Made by a program: the position numbers and the translations under genes. DNA of 27,012 nucleotides from Coleofasciculus chthonoplastes F2-STO-03 (lineage in GTDB: Bacteria > Cyanobacteriota > Cyanobacteriia > Cyanobacteriales > Coleofasciculaceae): contig JAVJWO010000205.1 in the NCBI GenBank assembly GCA_040222015.1, positions 1 to 27,012 on the forward strand, in the 5' to 3' direction. Shown one piece after another: positions 19,046 through 27,012 of this stretch (position 1 is its first letter; each line of letters starts with the position of its first letter). Below the pieces are notes generated by a model. The model saw only the letters and a list, made by a program, of their open reading frames with translations. It was not told the DNA's origin and did not search any database.

Positions 19046-20500
19046 ATCCCGATACTTGATGCCTTACAAGCCTGTGCTGGACGCCCCCACGCCCCATTCT
19101 ACGCCCCAGGTCACAAGCGGGGAAAGGGTATATCTGATCGGTTGATCAACCTTTGGGGTAAATCAGTCTTTGAGTATGATCTCCCCGAATTACCAGATTT
19201 TGATAACTTATTTGCTCCTTCAGGAGGGATTCAGGAAGCGCAGGAGTTAGCGGCAGCGGCGTTTGGTGCAGATAAAACCTGGTTTCTGGTGAATGGCTCA
19301 ACCTGTGGCGTAATCGCGGCAATTGTAGCCACTTGCGGTACAGGAGATAAGCTGATTTTGCCTTGGAATAGTCATCAATCCGCGATCGCAGGTTTGGTTC
19401 TTTCCGGTGCGAGTCCGATTTTTATTACCCCAGAGTCCGATCCCTCTGGTGATTTGGCACACAGTATTACCCCAGACGCCGTAAGCCTTGCCCTCAAGGA
19501 ACATCCCGATGCTAAAGCGGTAATGCTACTGTATCCGACCTATCATGGCGTGTGCGGCGATATCCACGCGATCGCCCAACGGGTACATGACTACAATATT
19601 CCTTTGCTGGTTGATGAGGCACACGGAGCGCACTTAGCCTTTCATCCAGATTTGCCGCCAAGTGCCATGTCAGCCGGGGCTGATTTAACCATACAGTCCA
19701 CCCATAAGGTTTTGACGGCGATGACCCAAGCCTCAATGCTGCACATTAAAGGTCATCGCCTGAATCCGGAACGATTGAGTCAAGCTTTACAGCTTGTCCA
19801 GTCTACCAGTCCCAGCGCCCTCCTCTTAGCCTCTCTAGACGCCGCACGACAACAAATGGTGTTGTATGGGGAAACGCTGATTAGCCGCACTCTAGGACTG
19901 GCTGAGGCGGCGAGGGAACAGATTCAGCAAATTCCGGGATTATCGGTGTTAGATGCCACAAATACTCCGGGCTGTTTTACCCTAGATCCGACCCGGTTGA
20001 CGGTGAGAGTTATGGAGTTAGGGTTGAGTGGGTTTGAAGCCGATGAAATTTTTTGTGATCAGTTGGGTGTAATTGCTGAGTTGCCGACATTCCAACATCT
20101 GACGTTTATCCTGAGTTTAGGGAACACGGCAGAAGATATTCAGCCATTAGTCCAAGCCTTTACCGACTTACAACAGCGCTATTCTCGTCCTGATGCTTCC
20201 TTTAGGCAAAATTTATACCAACCGGGAATGACATCAGGGTTAATCCTGGAACCGTCCATGTCTCCTCGCGATGCCTTTTTTGCCCCAAAAGAACGGTTAA
20301 CTCTAGATCAAAGCGTTGGTCACATTAGTGCTGAATGGATTTGTCCCTATCCTCCAGGAATTCCCATTTTAATTCCAGGATGTGCGATCGCGTCAACTAC
20401 AGTAGATTATTTGCGACAGGTTCAGCACTTGGGCGGCTATATTACTGGGTGTAGCGATCCTCGCTTAGAACGTGTAAACGTTGTCAAAAGTAAGGACTAA
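19019..20500 (+). CDS. PLP-dependent Orn/Lys/Arg decarboxylase family protein (fold type I)
   Basis: APGHKRG, FLVNGST, LVDEAHGAH, QSTHK (PLP Lys), STSPS, PYPPGIP. Substrate not determinable from sequence. Confidence 0.92.
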   Translation: MTNDKGQRTIPILDALQACAGRPHAPFYAPGHKRGKGISDRLINLWGKSVFEYDLPELPDFDNLFAPSGGIQEAQELAAAAFGADKTWFLVNGSTCGVIAAIVATCGTGDKLILPWNSHQSAIAGLVLSGASPIFITPESDPSGDLAHSITPDAVSLALKEHPDAKAVMLLYPTYHGVCGDIHAIAQRVHDYNIPLLVDEAHGAHLAFHPDLPPSAMSAGADLTIQSTHKVLTAMTQASMLHIKGHRLNPERLSQALQLVQSTSPSALLLASLDAARQQMVLYGETLISRTLGLAEAAREQIQQIPGLSVLDATNTPGCFTLDPTRLTVRVMELGLSGFEADEIFCDQLGVIAELPTFQHLTFILSLGNTAEDIQPLVQAFTDLQQRYSRPDASFRQNLYQPGMTSGLILEPSMSPRDAFFAPKERLTLDQSVGHISAEWICPYPPGIPILIPGCAIASTTVDYLRQVQHLGGYITGCSDPRLERVNVVKSKD

Positions 20501-20518
20501 TGACCAAGGACGAACAAA

Positions 20519-21124
20519 ATGTCTTCTTCCCTGTGGCACTATACCACTCCTGGTATTCCCGATGATTTATTCGAGCGCTTGCCTGGTATTCCCCTAAGCA
20601 AGCGAGAAGTACGGTTACTGATTATTTCCGCATTGCGCCTAGAATCCCATTCCTTGCTCTGGGATATCGGTGCAGGGACAGGTACGATTGCCGTAGAAAC
20701 CGGATTACTTTCTCCTCACGGTAAAATTGTGGCGGTAGAACGGGATGAAGAGGTGGCAAACCTGATTCGACGCAACTGCTCCCGCTTCGGCATTGAGAAT
20801 GTTGAAGTTATCGAAGGATCTGCACCGGAATGTCTCCCCAATCTACCGGGAAAACCCCATAGAGCCTGTATTGAGGGAGGACGCCCGATTAAAGACATTC
20901 TTAAGGAAGTCTGGCATTACTTAGAACCCCAAGGTCGGATTGTTGCCACAGCGAGTAATTTAGAGAGTCTTTATACCCTCTCCGAAGGATTGGCTGAGTT
21001 ACAAGCCCGTAATATCGAGGTTGTGCAATCGTCAATCAATCGCTTGGAAACCCGAGGTACTCATCAAATCTTTGCGGCTGTTAATCCTATGTTTATCCTC
21101 AGTGGGGAGAAGCTAGATTCGTGA
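20519..21124 (+). CDS. cbiT: Precorrin-6B/6Y C15-methyltransferase (decarboxylating) CbiT
   Basis: PGIPDDLF, PLSKREVR, WDIGAGTG SAM motif, GSAP. Confidence 0.93.
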   Translation: MSSSLWHYTTPGIPDDLFERLPGIPLSKREVRLLIISALRLESHSLLWDIGAGTGTIAVETGLLSPHGKIVAVERDEEVANLIRRNCSRFGIENVEVIEGSAPECLPNLPGKPHRACIEGGRPIKDILKEVWHYLEPQGRIVATASNLESLYTLSEGLAELQARNIEVVQSSINRLETRGTHQIFAAVNPMFILSGEKLDS

Positions 21125-21222
21125 ATGGTTGACTAACGGCGAATGCTGCCAGATTGTTAATCTTAATGTAATAGTTTTATTCAGACAGTTAATTTGGACT
21201 GTCTTGTGTCAAATAAAGTTCT

Positions 21223-22143
21223 ATGCCCTGGTCTCGGATTTTTAGTGGAATTGTAGCGATTACCCTAGCGATGGGGATGATTGTGGCTGGAGGATGGTAT
21301 TTTACCCTCGGTCTCTGTGTCATCGTCTATTTGGGTCAACTGGAATATTTTCAACTGGTTCAGGCAAAAGGAATTGCGCCTGCGGCTAAAACGACGTTAG
21401 TTGTGAGTCAACTTTTATTGGTGACAGCCGCCCTGAACTCTAATCTGACGGATGCCGCCTTTCCCATTGCTGGAACCCTGATTTGTTTTTACCTGCTCTT
21501 TCAACCCAAGATGGCGACGATTGCGGATATTGCCGCTTCGATTTTGGGATTACTCTATGGCGGTTATCTGCCTAGCTACTGGATACGATTGCGCGTTGGT
21601 TTAGATGGAGGGGTTTCATTACCCTTGAATGCTACAGCAAGCATCAATAGTTTCTCGTTCAATGACTCTGACTCTTGGCTTCACCCTTGGACTAATCTAA
21701 CGGTTCTGTCCCAAGGCTTAACCGTAACTCTACTCGCGTTTGCCTGTATTTGGGCAGCCGATATTGGGGCGTATAGTTTTGGCAAGTTTTTTGGTCGCAC
21801 TCCCTTATCGAATATTAGTCCTAAAAAGACAGTAGAAGGGGCAATTTTTGGAATTTGTGGCAGTGGGGCAGTGGCGATGCTTGGGGCTTGGCATCTGCAA
21901 TGGTCAAGCTGGCAACTCACTGGATTTGTTTTCGGTACGTTAATTGGCGTGGCTAGCCTCTTGGGAGACTTAACTGAATCCATGATGAAACGAGATGCGG
22001 GGGTCAAGGATTCAGGACAATTAATTCCGGGTCACGGTGGTATTTTAGATCGCACAGACAGCTATGTTTTTACAGCGCCCTTAGTGTATTATTTCATTAC
22101 ACTCTTGCTGCCTTTGTTACCGCCGTTTGGTTTAACTCCCTAA
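21223..22143 (+). CDS. cdsA: Phosphatidate cytidylyltransferase
   Basis: ISPKKTVEG and ESMMKRDAGVKDSGQLIPGHGGILDRTDS signature; polytopic membrane protein. Confidence 0.97.
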   Translation: MPWSRIFSGIVAITLAMGMIVAGGWYFTLGLCVIVYLGQLEYFQLVQAKGIAPAAKTTLVVSQLLLVTAALNSNLTDAAFPIAGTLICFYLLFQPKMATIADIAASILGLLYGGYLPSYWIRLRVGLDGGVSLPLNATASINSFSFNDSDSWLHPWTNLTVLSQGLTVTLLAFACIWAADIGAYSFGKFFGRTPLSNISPKKTVEGAIFGICGSGAVAMLGAWHLQWSSWQLTGFVFGTLIGVASLLGDLTESMMKRDAGVKDSGQLIPGHGGILDRTDSYVFTAPLVYYFITLLLPLLPPFGLTP

Positions 22144-22160
22144 AACTAACACGTCATACA

Positions 22161-22880
22161 CTATAAAAACTCGCCACCATCGAGGGTAAGTACATCTCCC
22201 GTGACAAAGGATTGTTCAATTAAATAGCTGAGCGCTAACTGAACTTGTGAAAGCTTACCCGTTTGTTTTAGTGGAATGCTTTGCTTAAGGCGTTCCAGGT
22301 AATCATTTCCTTTTTCAGATGGTGGCAAAATAGCTCCCAACGCGATCGCGTTAACGCGAATCTTAGGCGCTAAAGATACCGCTAGGTCAAGTGTTGCCTG
22401 CTTTAAAACGGCTTTTGACAATCGATAGGTAAAGTGTTCGCTTTGAGCGCGGGATAAACGTGCATCAATAATGTTTACCACTAGACCTTCGCAGGTATGA
22501 TTTGTCTGTGCAGCAAATTGTTGAATTAAAGACAAGGGGGCATAAGCGTTAATATTCATTAATGAAGACCACACCTGATCGAATTGTTGCAATTGATCCT
22601 GCTCCGGAAACCTAGCCGCTGAATTAATCAACAAATCAATGGGTTTAAAAGCGGCGGGTATACGCTCAAACATCTGTTGTACTACCCGGGGTTGTGAAAG
22701 ATCACAAGGCAATAAACAGTGTTCTATGCCTTGCTCAGTTAACTCCTGGGAGAACCTTTGAGCCTGATCAGCAGAGTGGTGATAATGAATTACTAATCGA
22801 TAGTGATGGTTGGCGCAGGCTTCTGCTAACGCACGTCCAACTCGAATCGCGCCACCCGTGATTAGCGCTGTTTTTGCCAT
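22161..22880 (-). CDS. Pteridine-reductase-type SDR (FolM/PTR1-like)
   Basis: TGGAIRVG with the Arg typical of pteridine reductases, INSA, IIDAR, YRLSK (YxxxK); overlaps folK by 19 bp. Confidence 0.8.
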   Translation of the reverse strand: MAKTALITGGAIRVGRALAEACANHHYRLVIHYHHSADQAQRFSQELTEQGIEHCLLPCDLSQPRVVQQMFERIPAAFKPIDLLINSAARFPEQDQLQQFDQVWSSLMNINAYAPLSLIQQFAAQTNHTCEGLVVNIIDARLSRAQSEHFTYRLSKAVLKQATLDLAVSLAPKIRVNAIALGAILPPSEKGNDYLERLKQSIPLKQTGKLSQVQLALSYLIEQSFVTGDVLTLDGGEFL

Positions 22881-23383
22881 TGTTTAAATTTACTCATATC
22901 TATAGGATCGGCGATACGTTCTAGCTGGTGTGACGATTGTTCAAAGGCTTGCCAGAGTTCAGCCACCGATTTTTTTTGCCGTGGGTGTATCCAGTCACCA
23001 GCAACGTCAAACAATGGCAATAAAACAAACGCATCATGCAGTATCTCTTCTCGTGGTAGCACTATCGGTGATTGACACACCATATCACCATAACTGAGTA
23101 AATCAATATCGAGGGTTCTGGCACTGAATTTTGGTGCGGAATGATCGCGTCCGGCTTTCACTTCCAGGGATTTGAATAGTGTGATCAAATCGGGAATTGT
23201 CCAGTCGCTGTGAAACCCTACCACCATGTTATAAAAGTCATCCCCCTCAAATCCCACCGCTTCACTTTGATATACTGGTGACACTTGCAAAGCACCAAAA
23301 TGGTGGTACAACTCGCTGATTGCCATTTCCAGGTGCTTGTTGCGCTCAATATTGGTACCGATGCTAACGTAAATCTGAGCCAT
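22862..23383 (-). CDS. folK: 2-amino-4-hydroxy-6-hydroxymethyldihydropteridine diphosphokinase
   Basis: YVSIGTNI, FYN, E...GR, RTLDIDLL, LPR, FVLLPL. Confidence 0.95.
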   Translation of the reverse strand: MAQIYVSIGTNIERNKHLEMAISELYHHFGALQVSPVYQSEAVGFEGDDFYNMVVGFHSDWTIPDLITLFKSLEVKAGRDHSAPKFSARTLDIDLLSYGDMVCQSPIVLPREEILHDAFVLLPLFDVAGDWIHPRQKKSVAELWQAFEQSSHQLERIADPIDMSKFKQWQKQR

Positions 23384-23386
23384 GAG

Positions 23387-23740
23387 CTAGTAGCTCCGTT
23401 CAATGATTACGCCTACCGCTTTTGAACCTGTTACTGCTCCCGGTTTACTGAGTTTGATCCGAAGCCAGGATACAGAAAATTCTTTTTGAATAATCTCGGC
23501 AGCACGTTCTGCCATAGTTTCTACTAGGTGAAATTCGCTTTGCTCAACAAAACTGATAATCCGCTTTGAAACGGCTTTGTAATCTAGAGTATGGTCAATG
23601 GTATCGGTCTCTGCTGCTTTTTTGATATCACCAGCCATCTGGATATTAAACACGACTTTCTGACGAATCTTTCTTTCCCAATCATAAATACCAATGACAG
23701 TTTCAATGGCAAGGTCTTCAATGAATACAATATCGGTCAT
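23387..23740 (-). CDS. folB: Dihydroneopterin aldolase
   Basis: IGIYDWER, Q, LDY, LVETMAE, KP motifs; 117 aa. Confidence 0.96.
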   Translation of the reverse strand: MTDIVFIEDLAIETVIGIYDWERKIRQKVVFNIQMAGDIKKAAETDTIDHTLDYKAVSKRIISFVEQSEFHLVETMAERAAEIIQKEFSVSWLRIKLSKPGAVTGSKAVGVIIERSY

Positions 23741-23784
23741 TGTTTACAGTCGGAATCGTTAAGTTAGTTGGTTAAAGTCACAGT

Positions 23785-23814
23785 ATTGTATACCTAAAAT
23801 TGGGTGCATGTCAA
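23785..23814 (-). promoter_or_regulatory. Sigma70-type promoter for folB: TTGACA-N18-TACAAT
   Basis: Consensus -35 (23809-23814) and near-consensus -10 (23785-23790), 45 bp upstream of the ATG. Confidence 0.65.
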
Positions 23815-23869
23815 CTGTTTGGGTTAGGTTGAGCTACCTTCTCCAACAAGCGCAGGTTAGTTGGGTTAT

Positions 23870-23964
23870 TATAGCAACCGTCACGGCGGTCAGGACACCA
23901 ATTGTGAATTTTTTTGTTGAGTGGATAATGAGGGATTATAGCTATCGCCATAAGGTAGAGGACT
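23870..23964 (+). mobile_element. Two isolated MITE-end remnants of the TATAGC-N13-GTTAGGACA family (23870-23897, 23937-23964)
   Basis: TATAGC-N13-GTCAGGACA and TATAGC-N13-TAGAGGACT, same spacing as the 10415-10507 TIRs. Confidence 0.55.
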
Positions 23965-24030
23965 TTCTCATGGCTGAAACAACCACTTAGTAGGAATGAA
24001 CGATATAAAACTCCGGCTCCCGGTGAAGGT

Positions 24031-24059
24031 AAAATCCCTGCCCTAAAAGTGCAGGGATT
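24031..24059 (-). terminator. Hairpin/terminator downstream of the 202-aa gene
   Basis: AATCCCTGC / GCAGGGATT 9-bp stem, short T-run on the minus strand. Confidence 0.6.
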
Positions 24060-24101
24060 GTCAATTTATTGTCTTTTGTCCAGTACAAATAAACCCGACA
24101 A

Positions 24102-24710
24102 TTAATTGTCCTCAAACGTGTTATCCAGTTGTGTGAGAGTATAATGGGCAATCGCCAAACTTAAGCGCACCTGCTCAATGGGTGATAATTCAGACCATTC
24201 GACTGAACCAATAGCCCCAAAGTCTTGATTACCTCGCATGGCGTAAGCCCACGGACGGGCAAAAACGAATAAATCATCTTCCGTCCAGTTTGGCAATAAG
24301 GGTCTAACACATAAAACAAGCTGATCGGCAAGTGATATATCCATGGATAACGCCTGTTGAGCTTGATTCGCGATCGCGTCCAACCAAGACGACGGCACCC
24401 CAGCAAATCGTTCAGCCAATGACCGCTTTAGCGAGGCGGAACCGGAAGAATCTGAGGGCGTTAGCGATGTCCAGCACTGGTGCAAGCGATTGAATAGGGT
24501 TTGTGATCCCGATGTAATTTCTGCCTCGGTTTGACAAGCAAAGAGAGAAAATCCCGCTTCCAAATCTGCCAAATAGTCTTGGGCTTCAGGTTCAGCGGGA
24601 TTCCAGGGATAACAATCGTCCTCAGTTTGCCAGAGTGCCTCCAGGAGTTCTCCTTGGGCTTGACTCAAAGCATCCTGATAATTTTGGTATGGTTTATGTT
24701 GACTGGTCAT
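24102..24710 (-). CDS. Conserved cyanobacterial hypothetical protein
   Basis: 202-aa ORF; YPWNP, DDLFVFARPWAYAMRG, LSPIEQVRLSLAIA motifs; SD-like AAGGGG upstream. Confidence 0.8.
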   Translation of the reverse strand: MTSQHKPYQNYQDALSQAQGELLEALWQTEDDCYPWNPAEPEAQDYLADLEAGFSLFACQTEAEITSGSQTLFNRLHQCWTSLTPSDSSGSASLKRSLAERFAGVPSSWLDAIANQAQQALSMDISLADQLVLCVRPLLPNWTEDDLFVFARPWAYAMRGNQDFGAIGSVEWSELSPIEQVRLSLAIAHYTLTQLDNTFEDN

Positions 24711-24904
24711 AATACCCCTTATGTGATCGTTGGTGGTGATGAAAATTGATAGGAATAGCTACATCAGCACTCTCGAAGGTTCCGTACTCGTTCCGAAAAT
24801 AAAGGTTAGTGCCAAGAATTGGCAGAACTTCTAGAACCGTTGAATTGAGCCGTGTTCTTCTCGACTCGAATCTCTCCGAGTCTAAAACTTGTTAAGTTTT
24901 TGGC

Positions 24905-26536
24905 TTAAAGGTTTTCAATAATAAACTCCAGGGTTTGACTCTGAGTACTGCCAAATTTTAACTGACTACCCGACTCCAATGGCACTTCCTGATGGTGGAT
25001 TCTCTGCCACCCATCTGCTCGTAAAATATGAGTGCCGTTGCGAGAAAAATCACGCAGGAAGTAAGTCGGGATTTGTCCGGGATGAGTGAAGGTATCGCGA
25101 CAGATAATTTCTGCATGTTTATAGCTCACCCACATTTCCTCATCCAAAACCAAATCATTCTCCTGTCCGCGTCCCACCCGCATCAGCGCACCGCGAATTC
25201 GCCAAACTTTACCCATCGAGTTTAAGGAGCGTAAGCAAGCGGTGGGCGTTTGTTCGCCATTCCAGTTGCTAGGCATAGGCGGAAGCTCAGTAATTCCTTC
25301 TTCTAAGAAAGCAATTAACTGTCCTTGAAACTCCGGATGCATATACAGCACAGGTAACGTCCAAGCGGGTTGGTTGAACTTATAAAGCGTGAGTAATTGT
25401 TGTCTGGCAACAGCGACAGCTTGGTCAATCGGCATCCGGGCAGCTAGGGCTTGGGCAAGACTTTGGATAAAACTCAAGGCTTCGTGATCCGCGATCGAGT
25501 CACGCATACCCAAAACAGCGGGGACACCATGTTGAATTAGCACTTCAGCTAAACTACTCCGGGGGATGGTTTGACCTTCCACCTGATCCGGTTGAGCGCC
25601 CCAACAAGTATTGAATACCGCCAAGGTTACCTGATTCCGAACTAAGACTTGAGCTAGTTCCGTACCGTTAATTGGTGCATCCGGACTTAGAAATAATAAA
25701 CCCCCATCTGGAGCAGGTTCACCATGACCCGCATAGAAAAGGATATTGTAACCTCCTGTGTCTAAAGCGGCAATTAAGTCAGCGGGTGTTGGCTGTAGCA
25801 GCTTTTCCACAAAACAGGGAACGGAGGTGGGGTTGAACTTTTGACAAGATTGAAAAACATTTTCTAGAACCGCTGCCTCTTGTTCAAGCTGTAAGCCAGC
25901 CCCTGACTGATCACCCCCGGAACCGTGGACATCTTGTCCAAATACGAGCAGGATATTCAGGGCTTGATCGTGGCGGATCAGCGGTTTGAGAGAGTCAACA
26001 TTACTCGTCGTGCGGCTAAACAGTAGTTGAGTAGACAGAGAAATAGCCGGTTTACCTGCCATTTCTTGCATAATTTCCCAGGGAAGGGGAATCAAGTCAG
26101 GATGTCGAATTTCCAAGCGCACGCGCAGGGATTTATTTTGTCCCCGGGCAATACCCCGACTTTCCGCTAACGTTGTTTGAATGGAACCCGCAAACAGCCA
26201 ATTCCATAAGTCTATGCCCAACTGCTGCATCAGCCGTCCCCCGTAGCTAGTCGTCTGCGTCGTGGCGTTTTCGCTTTGGGGTGATAGGGTTGGTGTTGGT
26301 GTCGGCGTAGGCGTCAAGGGATGAGGCAGGGGTAATAAGGGGGGCAAATTACCCGTAGAAAACATTTGTTGCCACGCCAACCACGTTTGAGTCAGAGTGG
26401 GAGACCAAATTGAGTCATGATGAACATAACCCCCAGGATAAGGAGCTTCAATCACCCACACGGCAAAATTATCTGCCCCAGCCGTAGACAGACGTGCGAT
26501 CGCTAAACTGAGGCAAGGAGTTTCGATATCAGACAT
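24905..26536 (-). CDS. CHAT-domain (HetF-like caspase-fold) protease with C-terminal FHA domain
   Basis: LPWE, FYAGHG (His) and VFNTCWG (Cys) dyad, WTLPVLY; FHA motifs VGR, VSYKHA, SRNGT. Confidence 0.9.
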   Translation of the reverse strand: MSDIETPCLSLAIARLSTAGADNFAVWVIEAPYPGGYVHHDSIWSPTLTQTWLAWQQMFSTGNLPPLLPLPHPLTPTPTPTPTLSPQSENATTQTTSYGGRLMQQLGIDLWNWLFAGSIQTTLAESRGIARGQNKSLRVRLEIRHPDLIPLPWEIMQEMAGKPAISLSTQLLFSRTTSNVDSLKPLIRHDQALNILLVFGQDVHGSGGDQSGAGLQLEQEAAVLENVFQSCQKFNPTSVPCFVEKLLQPTPADLIAALDTGGYNILFYAGHGEPAPDGGLLFLSPDAPINGTELAQVLVRNQVTLAVFNTCWGAQPDQVEGQTIPRSSLAEVLIQHGVPAVLGMRDSIADHEALSFIQSLAQALAARMPIDQAVAVARQQLLTLYKFNQPAWTLPVLYMHPEFQGQLIAFLEEGITELPPMPSNWNGEQTPTACLRSLNSMGKVWRIRGALMRVGRGQENDLVLDEEMWVSYKHAEIICRDTFTHPGQIPTYFLRDFSRNGTHILRADGWQRIHHQEVPLESGSQLKFGSTQSQTLEFIIENL

Positions 26537-27012
26537 TCAACGCCCAGATGTAGAGCAACATTATCAGTTTTTGATAAGTGACAGACCAAATCAAAATCAA
26601 TCAGACTCGACTTTTGTCCCCTGTCCTCTGCGATCCCTATTTTAGGTCTTAGGGTCAGTTCAAACTCAGACAGCACAGGAGAGTCGTCAGGAGTTGGGGA
26701 GTAGCCAAGTTGATCCTTATACAATATGGTACACGGATCACGATGGTTGAAAGCCCATGCTCGTTTCAGCCGTGGATTTGTCAATAGTCTGGTCTAATCG
26801 TTGCTCTGATTTATTTGATTCCTTTTTACCGATAGAAGCGATGGTGAAGGCTCCTGCGCTCTATAGCCAGGAGATGAAACCGAGCAAACCGTCTAGGTAG
26901 CGAATTTATTCGCCAGTCAAATAATCCGGATAACACTCAGCCAACAATGTAGTATAATATTAGTAACATTGCAAAAGGTCGAGCAAGTGTTTAATCTGAT
27001 TTACGAGTTTAA

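Noticed and set aside
16881..23740. moaA and the fol genes as one pterin gene cluster
   Set aside because: Separated by unrelated core genes and on opposite strands; moaA is HIP1-rich and native-looking, so proximity is probably coincidental.
23808..23990. 60-aa ORF upstream of folB
   Set aside because: Overlaps the folB -35 box and MITE-end remnants; no coding support.
26503..26784. 93-aa ORF upstream of the CHAT-FHA gene
   Set aside because: TTG start, overlaps the CHAT-FHA start out of frame, no motifs; probably a leader/promoter region.

Overview
Chromosomal window from a filamentous cyanobacterium. This rests on more than 20 HIP1 GCGATCGC sites, heptamer STRR arrays and GTAG-led palindromes; an Oscillatoriales/Coleofasciculus-like origin is inference. 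Core genes: the fbp-tal-zwf-opcA oxidative pentose phosphate operon, acs, a membrane Ser/Thr kinase with an SH3b domain, moaA, rpsD, a PLP decarboxylase-cbiT-cdsA run, and a CHAT-FHA protease with a conserved neighbour. Accessory parts: (1) an internally deleted TPR-CHAT pseudogene whose 3' end plus a REP doublet is tandemly duplicated; (2) an Rpn-like PD-(D/E)XK gene with a duplicated C-terminal module and a strong in-frame internal start, a candidate gene-within-gene toxin/antitoxin; (3) a solo TnpB with a rearranged RuvC site and IS607-like ends; (4) a gammaproteobacterial-looking folB-folK-folM(SDR) operon beside MITE-end remnants; (5) many nested small repeats. No rRNA, tRNA or CRISPR array was recognised. 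All family assignments come from motif recognition by eye, not database searches.
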